Source: an uncultured Acidobacteriota bacterium
GTDB taxonomy: Bacteria; Acidobacteriota; Thermoanaerobaculia; UBA5066; Gp7-AA6
Direction of reading: 5' to 3'
Assembly (NCBI GenBank): GCA_963764715.1
Contig: CAVXTP010000021.1
Span: forward strand, 64,001-128,000
DNA: 64,000 nucleotides
Position 1 is the stretch's first letter, and each line of letters starts with the position of its first letter. A program made the translations under genes and the position numbers. The notes below the pieces were generated by a model. It was not told where the DNA came from, did not search any database, and was given only the letters and a program-made list of their open reading frames with translations. Shown here piece by piece: positions 42,003-50,043 of this stretch.

Positions 42003-44057
42003 ATGCGAGCGGGTTTACAGGATCCTCGGAGCCGAGGGATCGGGCCCCTCCTGGTGCTCGCGGTGGCGGCGCTCCTGCTCGCCCGGGCGGCGCCGCTCGT
42101 CCGCGCTTACGCCCTCAAGGTGCTTTCGCAGCATTCCGGCGCCGCGGTGGCGGCCGCGGCCGCCGGGGCCCTCTCCGCGTTCCTGTTGACGTGGACGGGA
42201 ATCCGAAAGGCGCCGCGCGCGACCGCGATCGCCTTCGCGGCGGCGGCGGCCGCGATGGTCGTTCTCTCCGGCAACCTCCGTCCGGCACTGACCGCGGCGG
42301 CGATCCTGCTCGTGACGTTCGTCGTCGGCGACGCGGTGTTCCGCATCCTGCGGGGCGCGGAGGCGGAGCAAGGCGATCTCTCGAGCGCCCTCGCCGCGGG
42401 CTGCGCGGCCGTCGGCGTGGCTTTGCTCCTGCTCGGCGAGGCCGGAATTCTCGGGCGGGGGGTCCTCCTCGCTCTCGCCGCCATCGTCGTCGGCCTGCGC
42501 CGGCGCCGCCTTCCGGCGCTCCACCGCCTCGTCCGGGACACGGTGAGGCTTCCGCGCGGCGACGCGCCGGCCGCCCTCGAGGCGGCGTGGCTAACGTTCG
42601 CCGCGCTCGCGCTTCTCGCCGTGTGGGCCGGGGTCCAGGCCCCGGACGTGTCGTGGGACGCCCTCGCGTATCACCTGCCGGAGGCGCGCGATGTCGCGCT
42701 CGCGGGCCGCGTCCGGGCGCTGCCCGACCTCCATCCCCAGTCGCTCCTGTGGCGCAACCACGAGTCCTACCTGTCGACCGCGTTCTTCTTCGCCGACGAG
42801 CGCGCCGTACCGTACCTGCAGTTCGCGGCGGGTCTCGCGGTCTTCGGCGCGGCGCTCTCGCTCGCGCGGCGCCTGGGTCTCGGGAGCTCGGGGCCGCTCG
42901 TCGTCCTGGCGCTGGCCGCGTTCCCCACCGCGATGCTCCAGCTGAAAACCGCGTACGTCGACTGGCCGGCGGCCCTGCTCACGACCGCGGCCGCCGCGCA
43001 GGTGGCGGCCGGCCCGGGAGAGCGCGGCCGCATGCGGGCTGCGGGCTTTCTTTTCGGCGCGGCGGTCGCGACGAAGGTCTTCGCGCTCTTCGCCCTGCCG
43101 GCGCTCGCCGCGCTGGCCTTTCGCGCGCGGCCAAAGCCGATGCGCCTCTCCGCGGCGGTCCTCGCCGCCGTCGTGCCGGTCGCGGCCTGGCTCGCCTGGG
43201 CCGAGCTTCACGCCGGCTCGTTTCTGGCGCCGTACGCCGACTCCCCGCGCGAGCTCGCGGCGCGGCTCGCCGACGGCCACTACTTCGCGCGGTCGCCGGC
43301 GACCGGAGAGCGGCGTCCCGCGGCGTCCCCGGCCGAGCGTGCGGCGCGGTTCGCGAGGCTTCCGTACGACCTCGTCTTTCACTCCAGCCGCTTCGAGGCG
43401 AACGGCGACGGTTACAACGGAGTCCTCGCGCTCCTGCTCCTCGCGGGGCTGGCGGGCTGGAGCGCCCCGCGGATCGGGCTCTTTCTCGCCGTGACGCTGC
43501 CGTTTCTCGTGCCGTGGTCGCTCCTCTATCTCCCGTCGATCCGGTTTCTCTTTCCCGTGTACCCCCTCTACGTCGTCTTCGCGTCCGGCGGCCTCTCCCG
43601 CCTGACCGGACGATTCGCGGGAGCGTCGGGTCGGCTCGCGGGCGCGGCGGTCCTGGCGGCGGCGGCCGCCTTCCCGGTCCAGATCGGATCGAGCGGCCTC
43701 GAGTGGAGGGTGGCCTTCGGACGGCTGTCGCGAGCGGACGCCCTGGCCGCACAACTGCCGGCGCTGCCCCTCCAGTCCCGCCTCGAGCCGGCGGACCGGG
43801 TCGTGTTCGTCGGCGAGAACGACCGCTTCCACTGCCCGGCGGCGCTCTCCTGGCGCGCCGAGTTTCTGCCCGTCTCCGCCTGGGGATCGGACCCCGCGGC
43901 CTGGAAGCGCGGCTTTTCGGACCTCGGCATCAGCGCCGTGCTCGTCCGCTCCGACCGCCGGCGACTCCCCGACGGCCTGACGTCGATCCCGGGCCTCCTC
44001 CGCCCCGACGGCGTCAACGGCGGGGCCGCCCTGTACCGGGTCGGTTTGCTAAAATGA
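42003..44057 (+). CDS. Polytopic membrane protein, GT-C glycosyltransferase-like
   Basis: Many TM segments; WDALAYHLP, AYVD, ATK and RFLFPVYP motifs. Confidence 0.65.
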   Translation: MRAGLQDPRSRGIGPLLVLAVAALLLARAAPLVRAYALKVLSQHSGAAVAAAAAGALSAFLLTWTGIRKAPRATAIAFAAAAAAMVVLSGNLRPALTAAAILLVTFVVGDAVFRILRGAEAEQGDLSSALAAGCAAVGVALLLLGEAGILGRGVLLALAAIVVGLRRRRLPALHRLVRDTVRLPRGDAPAALEAAWLTFAALALLAVWAGVQAPDVSWDALAYHLPEARDVALAGRVRALPDLHPQSLLWRNHESYLSTAFFFADERAVPYLQFAAGLAVFGAALSLARRLGLGSSGPLVVLALAAFPTAMLQLKTAYVDWPAALLTTAAAAQVAAGPGERGRMRAAGFLFGAAVATKVFALFALPALAALAFRARPKPMRLSAAVLAAVVPVAAWLAWAELHAGSFLAPYADSPRELAARLADGHYFARSPATGERRPAASPAERAARFARLPYDLVFHSSRFEANGDGYNGVLALLLLAGLAGWSAPRIGLFLAVTLPFLVPWSLLYLPSIRFLFPVYPLYVVFASGGLSRLTGRFAGASGRLAGAAVLAAAAAFPVQIGSSGLEWRVAFGRLSRADALAAQLPALPLQSRLEPADRVVFVGENDRFHCPAALSWRAEFLPVSAWGSDPAAWKRGFSDLGISAVLVRSDRRRLPDGLTSIPGLLRPDGVNGGAALYRVGLLK

Positions 44058-44175
44058 CGGAATCGCCGATTCCCGGGACCCCATCGCTTTCCACGAGACG
44101 ACGCCGGCCTCGGAGTCGCCGGGAGAGGGCCGCGATTCGCCGCTCGCCCTCAGGTTCGATCCTTCGCGCCGCGTG

Positions 44176-44445
44176 ATGTTGAAGTTCGAAGTCACTCTCG
44201 GCGGAGACGACGAGCTCGAGGCGTTCCGCTACGCGCGCCGCGCCATGATCCGGGATGAGCGCACGCGGGGCCTCGACTGGGACGAGCCCTCGATGGAGGA
44301 CCCCACGATTTCGGGTTCCGAGATCCGCTGGTTCGCATTGGCCTCCCAGGGCGCCTGGTGCCGGCTCAAGGTCAGGGAGCTCGTCGAGCGCGCCAACCGC
44401 GCCCTGGAGGAGATCCGGGCGGAGCGATCGCGTTACCCGAGGTAA
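44176..44445 (+). CDS. Small hypothetical protein (paralog A)
   Basis: Clear similarity to the adjacent gene (LEAFRYARRAM..E, EPSMED, ELVERANRA). Confidence 0.75.
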   Translation: MLKFEVTLGGDDELEAFRYARRAMIRDERTRGLDWDEPSMEDPTISGSEIRWFALASQGAWCRLKVRELVERANRALEEIRAERSRYPR

Positions 44446-44533
44446 CGTTTTTGGACGCGGTTCGGCCTTGCGCCGAGAGGATCCGGGTGCGATTCGGGCC
44501 TGTTTCGAGCGACTTAGGCCGGGCGGCCGGAAG

Positions 44534-44549
44534 CGGCACGGGGTTCGCT
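44534..44549 (+). promoter_or_regulatory. sigma54 -24/-12 promoter
   Basis: CGGCAC-GGGGT-TCGCT; ATG at 44562. Confidence 0.6.
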
Positions 44550-44561
44550 ATTTCGCCGGGC

Positions 44562-44915
44562 ATGAGCCTTCCCATCGGCTTTTCGGAAGTCGAGGAAGCG
44601 AGCGAGCCCATCGGCTTCTCGCCCGGCGCGACCGCGCCGCGTCTCGAGGAGCAAACGGTCACCCTGCGCTGCCGGCTCCTCGCGACCGACGGTCCCAGCC
44701 TGGAGGCGCTGCGGTACGCCCGCCGCGCCATGCTGCGCGAGGAGTGGACACTCGGCCCGGAAGAGGACGATCCGTCGCTCGAGGACGCCGTCTTCTCGGC
44801 CTTCGAGGTGACCTGGCCGATGCGCGCGTCGCAAAGCGGCCGGGGGCGCGCCAAGCTCGCGGAGCTCGTCGATCGGGCCAACCGCGCCCGGCGGGAGCTC
44901 GACGCGCGAGCCTAG
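44562..44915 (+). CDS. Small hypothetical protein (paralog B) with two N-terminal PIGFS motifs
   Basis: LEALRYARRAM..E, DPSLED, ELVDRANRA shared with paralog A. Confidence 0.75.
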   Translation: MSLPIGFSEVEEASEPIGFSPGATAPRLEEQTVTLRCRLLATDGPSLEALRYARRAMLREEWTLGPEEDDPSLEDAVFSAFEVTWPMRASQSGRGRAKLAELVDRANRARRELDARA

Positions 44916-44936
44916 GCGAGTCGTAGAATCTCTCGA

Positions 44937-45323
44937 ATGAGCGGGCGTCAATTTCGCAAGGTCCTCCTCTTCGTCGCGGCGGCCGGCGTGGCCTACTGGA
45001 TCTACAAGGACCGCCCGACCATGTCCGGATTCATCGACTCGATCACGGACCCTCTGATGAGCTCCCACGCCGCGGTGAAGAGCTCGGAACGCAACCGGGT
45101 CGTTGGCGAAGCATCCCAGGCCATTACCGAGCAGAGCGGCCTGCCCGTCGGAAGCCTGCGCGAAGGAATGAAGACCCGCGAGGTCCTGGACCTGCTCGGC
45201 GAGCCGGATTCGAAGGAGGACGAGACCGTCGACGGCGCCGCGCAGGTCCGCTGGACCTACGCGCGGGAGCACCGCGTCCTCTACTTTCAGCGCGACCGGC
45301 TGGTCTCGATCGTCGTCCGGTAG
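44937..45323 (+). CDS. Membrane-anchored small protein with SmpA/OmlA-like domain
   Basis: N-terminal TM; GMKTREVLDLLGEPD...WTY...LYFQ; TAGAAT-N7-ATG upstream. Confidence 0.65.
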   Translation: MSGRQFRKVLLFVAAAGVAYWIYKDRPTMSGFIDSITDPLMSSHAAVKSSERNRVVGEASQAITEQSGLPVGSLREGMKTREVLDLLGEPDSKEDETVDGAAQVRWTYAREHRVLYFQRDRLVSIVVR

Positions 45324-46291
45324 GCGGCCGCGGCCGCGCCGAGCAGGCCCAGCCGCGGCTCGAGCACCACGCGCACGGGAATCGCCGACAGCAGGCCGTC
45401 CATCGGCGGCTTGTTGCGGAACGCCTCGAGGAACGGCCGGCGCCGGAGCGCGGACAGGATCTTGGGGGCGATCCCGCCGGCGAGATAGATGCCGCCGGTC
45501 GCGCGGTACTGGAGCGCGCAGTTGCCGGCCTCGGACCCGTAGATCGAGACGAAGAGATCGAGGGCCTGGCGGCAGAGGGCGTCCTTGCGCGCGAGGCCGA
45601 ACCGGCTGATCACCGCGGCGCGGTCGTCGCTGCGCTCGAATTCGGCGGCCACGGCGGGGCTTTCGCGGGCGGCGCGCTCGGACTTGAGGAACTCGTAGAG
45701 ATAGACGAGGCCGCGTCCCGACAGGACCTTTTCGCGCGTGGCGCGGCCCGCCTGTCGGCGCAGGAAGACGACGAGACGGTCCTCGATGGGATTGCGCGCG
45801 GCGAAGTCGGCGTGACCGCTCTCCGACGGAACGACTTCGTACCGGTCTCCCGTCGACACGAGGCAGGCCTGACCGAGGCCGGTGCCGGCGCCGAGGATCC
45901 CGATCGGTCCGCGCGGCTCCGCGCGCCCGCGCGCGAGGGTCGCGAGCTGCGCGGCCTTGAGCTCCGGCAGGCCCAGAGCGTTCGACACGAAGTCGTTCAG
46001 GACCCGCACCCGCGGGATGCCGGTCGCGCGCGCGATCCGGGACTCCTCGATCCGCCACGTCAGGTTGGTGACCTTGGCGGCCCCGTCCCGGACCGGCCCG
46101 GCGACGCCGAATCCCGCCGCCTCCGGCTTCGAGCTCTCTCCGGCGAGGAAGATCTCGATGACCTGCTCCAGGCCCGGATACGCCGCGCTCGGATATCGCT
46201 CGCTCCGCACGAGCGTCCGGCCGCGCGGCCCCATCTCGAAGATCGCGAGGGCGGTCTTGGTGCCGCCGATGTCGCCCGCGAGGATGCGCAT
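45287..46291 (-). CDS. glk: Glucokinase
   Basis: LAGDIGGTKT, GVAGPV, VLNDF, GAGTGLG, SESGH, YLAGGIAPK. Confidence 0.94.
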   Translation of the reverse strand: MRILAGDIGGTKTALAIFEMGPRGRTLVRSERYPSAAYPGLEQVIEIFLAGESSKPEAAGFGVAGPVRDGAAKVTNLTWRIEESRIARATGIPRVRVLNDFVSNALGLPELKAAQLATLARGRAEPRGPIGILGAGTGLGQACLVSTGDRYEVVPSESGHADFAARNPIEDRLVVFLRRQAGRATREKVLSGRGLVYLYEFLKSERAARESPAVAAEFERSDDRAAVISRFGLARKDALCRQALDLFVSIYGSEAGNCALQYRATGGIYLAGGIAPKILSALRRRPFLEAFRNKPPMDGLLSAIPVRVVLEPRLGLLGAAAAAYRTTIETSRSR

Positions 46292-46314
46292 GCGCTGGGG
46301 ACGGTAGCAGAACC

Positions 46315-46425
46315 GGTAAGCAGTAAGCCGTAAGCCGTAAGCAGTGAGGCTTATCCGGCGGAAATGCCCGTTGAGCGCCAGACCCACGGCTTACTGCTTA
46401 CTGCCTACTGCCTACTGCCTACTGG
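46315..46425. repeat. Inverted heptamer tandem arrays
   Basis: (N-GTAAGC)x4 at 46315-46342 and (GCYTACT)x5 at 46389-46423, separated by about 45 bp. Confidence 0.85.
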
Positions 46426-46454
46426 TTTAGAGTTCCCGCCGGGACCGCGCGGGC

Positions 46455-46525
46455 AAAAAAAAGCCCCGGGTCGGGGTGGGGCCGCCCGGGGGGCGAAAGG
46501 AGGAGGTTGAGGTTCCTTTGCTCGC
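46455..46525 (-). ncRNA. Candidate sigma54-dependent small RNA (about 70 nt) with anti-SD loop and intrinsic terminator
   Basis: TGGCCG-CGCGC-TTGCT promoter, two hairpins, ACCUCCUCCUUU segment and U8 tail; no start codon in the predicted transcript. Confidence 0.65.
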
Positions 46526-46535
46526 GTTGAGAGAT

Positions 46536-46551
46536 AGCAAGCGCGCGGCCA
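46536..46551 (-). promoter_or_regulatory. sigma54 -24/-12 promoter of the candidate sRNA
   Basis: TGGCCGCGCGCTTGCT; IHF-like AAATAAGGGTTTA 16 bp upstream. Confidence 0.65.
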
Positions 46552-46658
46552 GCTTTCCGTCGGAGGCTAAACCCTTATTTCAGAGAGTGTTGGAGCTTCG
46601 CCAGCTCCGGCCCGTGACGAGAATTGTCAGGCCCCGAAGGCCTCCGGCTGCCTCAATT

Positions 46659-47882
46659 TTGCGCCTCTCCCTGGTTCTGGCGCTCGCGGTCTCGGCCTCG
46701 GGCTGCATGTACCTCTTCTCGGAGAAGCGGACCGTCTACCGGTACGAGCCCGAATATGGCGTCGACAGCCCGGAGTTCCGGAGGTCCCTCGACGCTCTCG
46801 GCAACGAGATGACCCCGGGCAACCGGGCCGAGCTCCTCCAGAACGCGGACGGCATCTTTCCGCGCATGCTCGAGACGATCGCTTCCGCGAAGCTTTCGAT
46901 CAACTTCGAGATCTACATCTTCAAGGACGACCGCGTGGGCCGGCGCTTCGGGAAGGCGCTCGCCGAGCGCGCCCGGGCCGGGGTCGAGGTGCGGCTGCTC
47001 GTCGACGGGTGGGGGTCCTCCCTCGGACCGCTCGGGGACGAGCTCGAGAAAGCCGGGGCGATCGTCCGCGTGTACAAGCCGCTCCGCATCTACTCGATCG
47101 ACCACGTCGGCAACCGGACCCACCGGCGCATCCTCACGATCGACGGCCGCATCGGGTTCTGCGGCGGCGTCGGCCTCGACGAACGCTGGGAGGCCTGGCG
47201 CGACACGATGATCGAGGTGGACGGCCCGGTCACGGCGCAGCTCCAGCGCGTCTTCGCGCAGGACTGGATGTTCACGACGGGCGAGGTCCTGAACGGCGAC
47301 CGCCAATTCCCGCACATCGATTCCGCGGGCGACCAGCTCGCGCAGGTGATCGCCTCCGCGCGCGCCGACGCGCTCTCCATGTCGAAGCTCCTTCTCTACA
47401 TGGCGATCCAGGCCTCGCGAAGCAGCCTCTGGATCGAGAACGCCTACTTCGTGCCGGACGGGCAGATCCGCGAGGGCCTCGTCGAGGCGGCGCGCCGCGG
47501 AGTCGACGTCCGGGTCGTCGTGCCGGGCGAACACATGGACGCCCCGAATGTCCGGGCGGCGGCCCGCTATCACTACGGCGAGCTCCTCGACGCGGGCGTG
47601 AAGATCTACGAATACCGTCCGACGATGCTCCACAACAAGGTCATGGTCGTCGACGGAATCTGGTCGACGGTCGGATCGATCAACTTCGTCAACCGGTCGA
47701 TGAAGAAGAATGCCGAGGTGAACTTCGCCATCTACGATCGGGCGTTCGCGCAGAAGGTCGAGGCGATGGTCCTCGACGACCTCGTGCGCTGCGACATCCT
47801 GACCAAGAAGGAATGGAAGAATCGAAGCGTCTGGGCCCGGATCGGCGAGACGTTCTTCTGGCTCTTCTCGGAGAACTACTGA
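46659..47882 (+). CDS. Cardiolipin synthase-like phospholipase D (possible lipoprotein)
   Basis: THRRILTIDG and LHNKVMVVDG HKD-type motifs; WRDT, NAYFVP, GSINF. Start TTG inferred from the signal/lipobox ASGC. Confidence 0.88.
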   Translation: MRLSLVLALAVSASGCMYLFSEKRTVYRYEPEYGVDSPEFRRSLDALGNEMTPGNRAELLQNADGIFPRMLETIASAKLSINFEIYIFKDDRVGRRFGKALAERARAGVEVRLLVDGWGSSLGPLGDELEKAGAIVRVYKPLRIYSIDHVGNRTHRRILTIDGRIGFCGGVGLDERWEAWRDTMIEVDGPVTAQLQRVFAQDWMFTTGEVLNGDRQFPHIDSAGDQLAQVIASARADALSMSKLLLYMAIQASRSSLWIENAYFVPDGQIREGLVEAARRGVDVRVVVPGEHMDAPNVRAAARYHYGELLDAGVKIYEYRPTMLHNKVMVVDGIWSTVGSINFVNRSMKKNAEVNFAIYDRAFAQKVEAMVLDDLVRCDILTKKEWKNRSVWARIGETFFWLFSENY

Positions 47883-47926
47883 GCCGGCCCGCGGACCGCG
47901 GTGGCCGGCTGGGTTAGGATCCCGAC

Positions 47927-48697
47927 GTGCTCCAGGCCCTGCTGCCCCTCGATCGTCCGCTCGTCGTCTTCGACACGGAGACCACCGGCACCAACTCCCG
48001 ATCCGACCGGATCGTCGAGATCGCGTGCGTGAAGGTCCATCCCGACGGGCGCCGCGAGGACTGGGAGCGGCGCCTGAATCCGGGAATCCCCATTCCCGCC
48101 GCCTCGACCGCCATCCACGGCATCTCGGACGCCGACGTGGCCTCGGCGCCCCGGTTCCGCGACGTGGCCGCGGAGCTCGCCGCGTATCTCGCGGGCTGCG
48201 ACCTCGCCGGCTACAACATCGCGGGCTTCGACCTGCCCGTGCTCCGCGCCGAGTTCCTGCGCGCCGGCGTGCCGTTCGAGGTGACGGACCGGCGCCTGGT
48301 CGACGCGCAGCGGATCTTCTTCGCGCGGGAGCCCCGGCACCTGGCGGCGGCCGCGCGGTTCTACTGCCAGTCCGAGCACGACGGCGCCCACGGGGCGCGC
48401 GCCGACGCGGAAATGACGCTGCGCGTGCTCGTCGGCCAGCTCGAGCGGTACACGGAGCTGCCGCGCTCGGTCGCCGAGCTGCACGACCAGTTCTGCGCGG
48501 GCATCGACCAAGACATCGATCCGGAGGGCCGGTTCCGCCTCGTCAACGGCGAGCCGACTGTCAACTTCGGCAAGAACCGGGGGCGCCTGCTCAAGGACAT
48601 CAGCCGGGAGGAGCCGGGCTTCCTGCGCTGGATCCTGAAGGGCGACTTCTCCGAACCCGTGAAGTCGGTCGCCCGCAAGTACCTGCCGGAAGGGTAG
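47927..48697 (+). CDS. DEDDh 3'-5' exonuclease (DnaQ-like)
   Basis: VFDTETTG, GYNIAGFD, HGARADA; NFGKNRG C-terminal motif. Confidence 0.92.
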   Translation: MLQALLPLDRPLVVFDTETTGTNSRSDRIVEIACVKVHPDGRREDWERRLNPGIPIPAASTAIHGISDADVASAPRFRDVAAELAAYLAGCDLAGYNIAGFDLPVLRAEFLRAGVPFEVTDRRLVDAQRIFFAREPRHLAAAARFYCQSEHDGAHGARADAEMTLRVLVGQLERYTELPRSVAELHDQFCAGIDQDIDPEGRFRLVNGEPTVNFGKNRGRLLKDISREEPGFLRWILKGDFSEPVKSVARKYLPEG

Positions 48698-48700
48698 GGG

Positions 48701-48790
48701 GGGGTCAGGTCTTCGTTTTTCGGGCCCCGGTTCTCGTGTGGCTCGAGTCCCAGGTTTTCGGGGCCTTCGAAAAACGAGAGACCTGACCCC
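48701..48790. mobile_element. MITE-like 90-bp element with about 22-bp terminal inverted repeats (GGGGTCAG family)
   Basis: GGGGTCAGGTCTTCGTTTTTCG ... CGAAAAACGAGAGACCTGACCCC fills the gap between two convergent stop codons. Confidence 0.6.
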
Positions 48791-49359
48791 TACTTCTTCG
48801 CGGTCTGCTTGAACCTCAGCGTCTCGCCGCTCTCGACGTTGCGGAAGCGCAGGTTGCCGGGCTCGAGCTCCACCGACCACTTCCCGATCGCGCCCCGCAT
48901 CGCGAGCGCGCAGGCCGTGATGCCGAGCGTGTCGCCCGCGAAACCGTCGCCCTGCGGCTTCAACGTGAAGCTGCACGCGGAGGTCAGCTCGCGCTCCGTG
49001 AATCGCCCGACGTCGTTCGAGAGCAGCGTGATCGCGGGATCGAAGTGGGGGATGTACGTGAAGTAGATGTCCTGCCCCTGCGTCTCGAGGCGGATCACGC
49101 CCTGCTGGCGGACGTTGTCTCCCTGGTAGCGTCCGGTCACCAGAGCGAAGACGTCGTAGGGGTGGGACGGATCGATCGTGACGGTGCCCAGCTGGAGCGT
49201 GAGCTCGTTGCCGGGCGTCGCGCCTTCGAACCGGCCCTGGAGGATCGAGGCGATGTCGTAGATGCGGTCCGGGGTCGCCGCGGAAAGCGCCGGCGGCGCG
49301 GCGAGCGCGGCGGCGAGCGCGATGGCGGCGGAGATCGTGATGGTTCGGTGCCTCTTCAT
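48790..49359 (-). CDS. Secreted hypothetical protein, beta-rich
   Basis: Signal peptide; GGAGG SD; two Cys. Confidence 0.75.
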   Translation of the reverse strand: MKRHRTITISAAIALAAALAAPPALSAATPDRIYDIASILQGRFEGATPGNELTLQLGTVTIDPSHPYDVFALVTGRYQGDNVRQQGVIRLETQGQDIYFTYIPHFDPAITLLSNDVGRFTERELTSACSFTLKPQGDGFAGDTLGITACALAMRGAIGKWSVELEPGNLRFRNVESGETLRFKQTAKK

Positions 49360-49381
49360 GGTTCCTCCGGGGTCGATTCAC

Positions 49382-49397
49382 TGCGAGTTCCGTTCCA
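49382..49397 (-). promoter_or_regulatory. sigma54-like -24/-12 promoter
   Basis: TGGAAC-GGAAC-TCGCA. Confidence 0.55.
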
Positions 49398-49450
49398 TGG
49401 CCGCGCGCCCGGAAGGCCGCCCGCCGGCAGGGCCTCGAAGAGGCCTGTCC

Positions 49451-50038
49451 TCATAGGCTTAGGTCGCCCGCGCCGCCGGTCGCGCGCCGCGCGGCCGCCA
49501 CGGTCGACGTCCCCGCCGGGGGACGCCTTGACCCGATTCGGGGCACCTGCGCGAGGCCCTTGACCGTGCGCTGCAGCGCCTTGCGGAAGGCCTCGTTGAG
49601 CGATTCCTCGTCGGCGCCGGAGTACGCTGGCCGCGTCTCCTGCTCGTTCGCGTCGAACTCCGAGATCGTCTGCCCGCTCGTGCTGCGGACCGTCACCGTC
49701 CAGTCCACCGCGGAGTCGTAATAGCGGTCGTTGAACACGGCGGCGAATCGATGGATCGCCACCGTGATCGTCGCCGTGTCGCCGCCCGGGGGGGACCAGC
49801 GGCAGCCCGGAAACGACTTCTGGATGCCGTCGCGCACCGCGGCGATCATCTTCTCGGACGCCTCGGGCTCGGCCCGCTGGTCCTGGACTTCGAGGTTCCA
49901 GGACAGCAGGCCCGCCGGGCAGCTGACCTCCGGGTCCGGGAACGAGACGGGCCGGACCTTGGGGGGGCCGCAGTCGACGGCGGCCAGGGCCGACAGGGCG
50001 AGCAAGGGCAGGGCCGGGACCACGAACGGCGATTTCAT
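49451..50038 (-). CDS. Hypothetical probable lipoprotein
   Basis: MKSPFVVPALPLLALSALAAVDC leader; starts 5 bp after the WYL stop. Confidence 0.7.
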   Translation of the reverse strand: MKSPFVVPALPLLALSALAAVDCGPPKVRPVSFPDPEVSCPAGLLSWNLEVQDQRAEPEASEKMIAAVRDGIQKSFPGCRWSPPGGDTATITVAIHRFAAVFNDRYYDSAVDWTVTVRSTSGQTISEFDANEQETRPAYSGADEESLNEAFRKALQRTVKGLAQVPRIGSRRPPAGTSTVAAARRATGGAGDLSL

Positions 50039-50043
50039 GAGCC

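Noticed and set aside
45287-45323. Convergent 3' gene overlaps (also 6858-6883)
   Set aside because: Short convergent overlaps are common in compact high-GC genomes, and there is no sign of a dedicated function.
46455-46525. Candidate sRNA as a CsrB/RsmZ-type sponge or a tRNA
   Set aside because: It has only one GGA, which lies in a stem, and no cloverleaf, T-loop or CCA end.
46476-46658. N-terminal extension of the cls ORF from GTG 46476
   Set aside because: It has no similarity to Cls N-termini and overlaps the opposite-strand promoter/terminator unit; the signal peptide begins near 46659.
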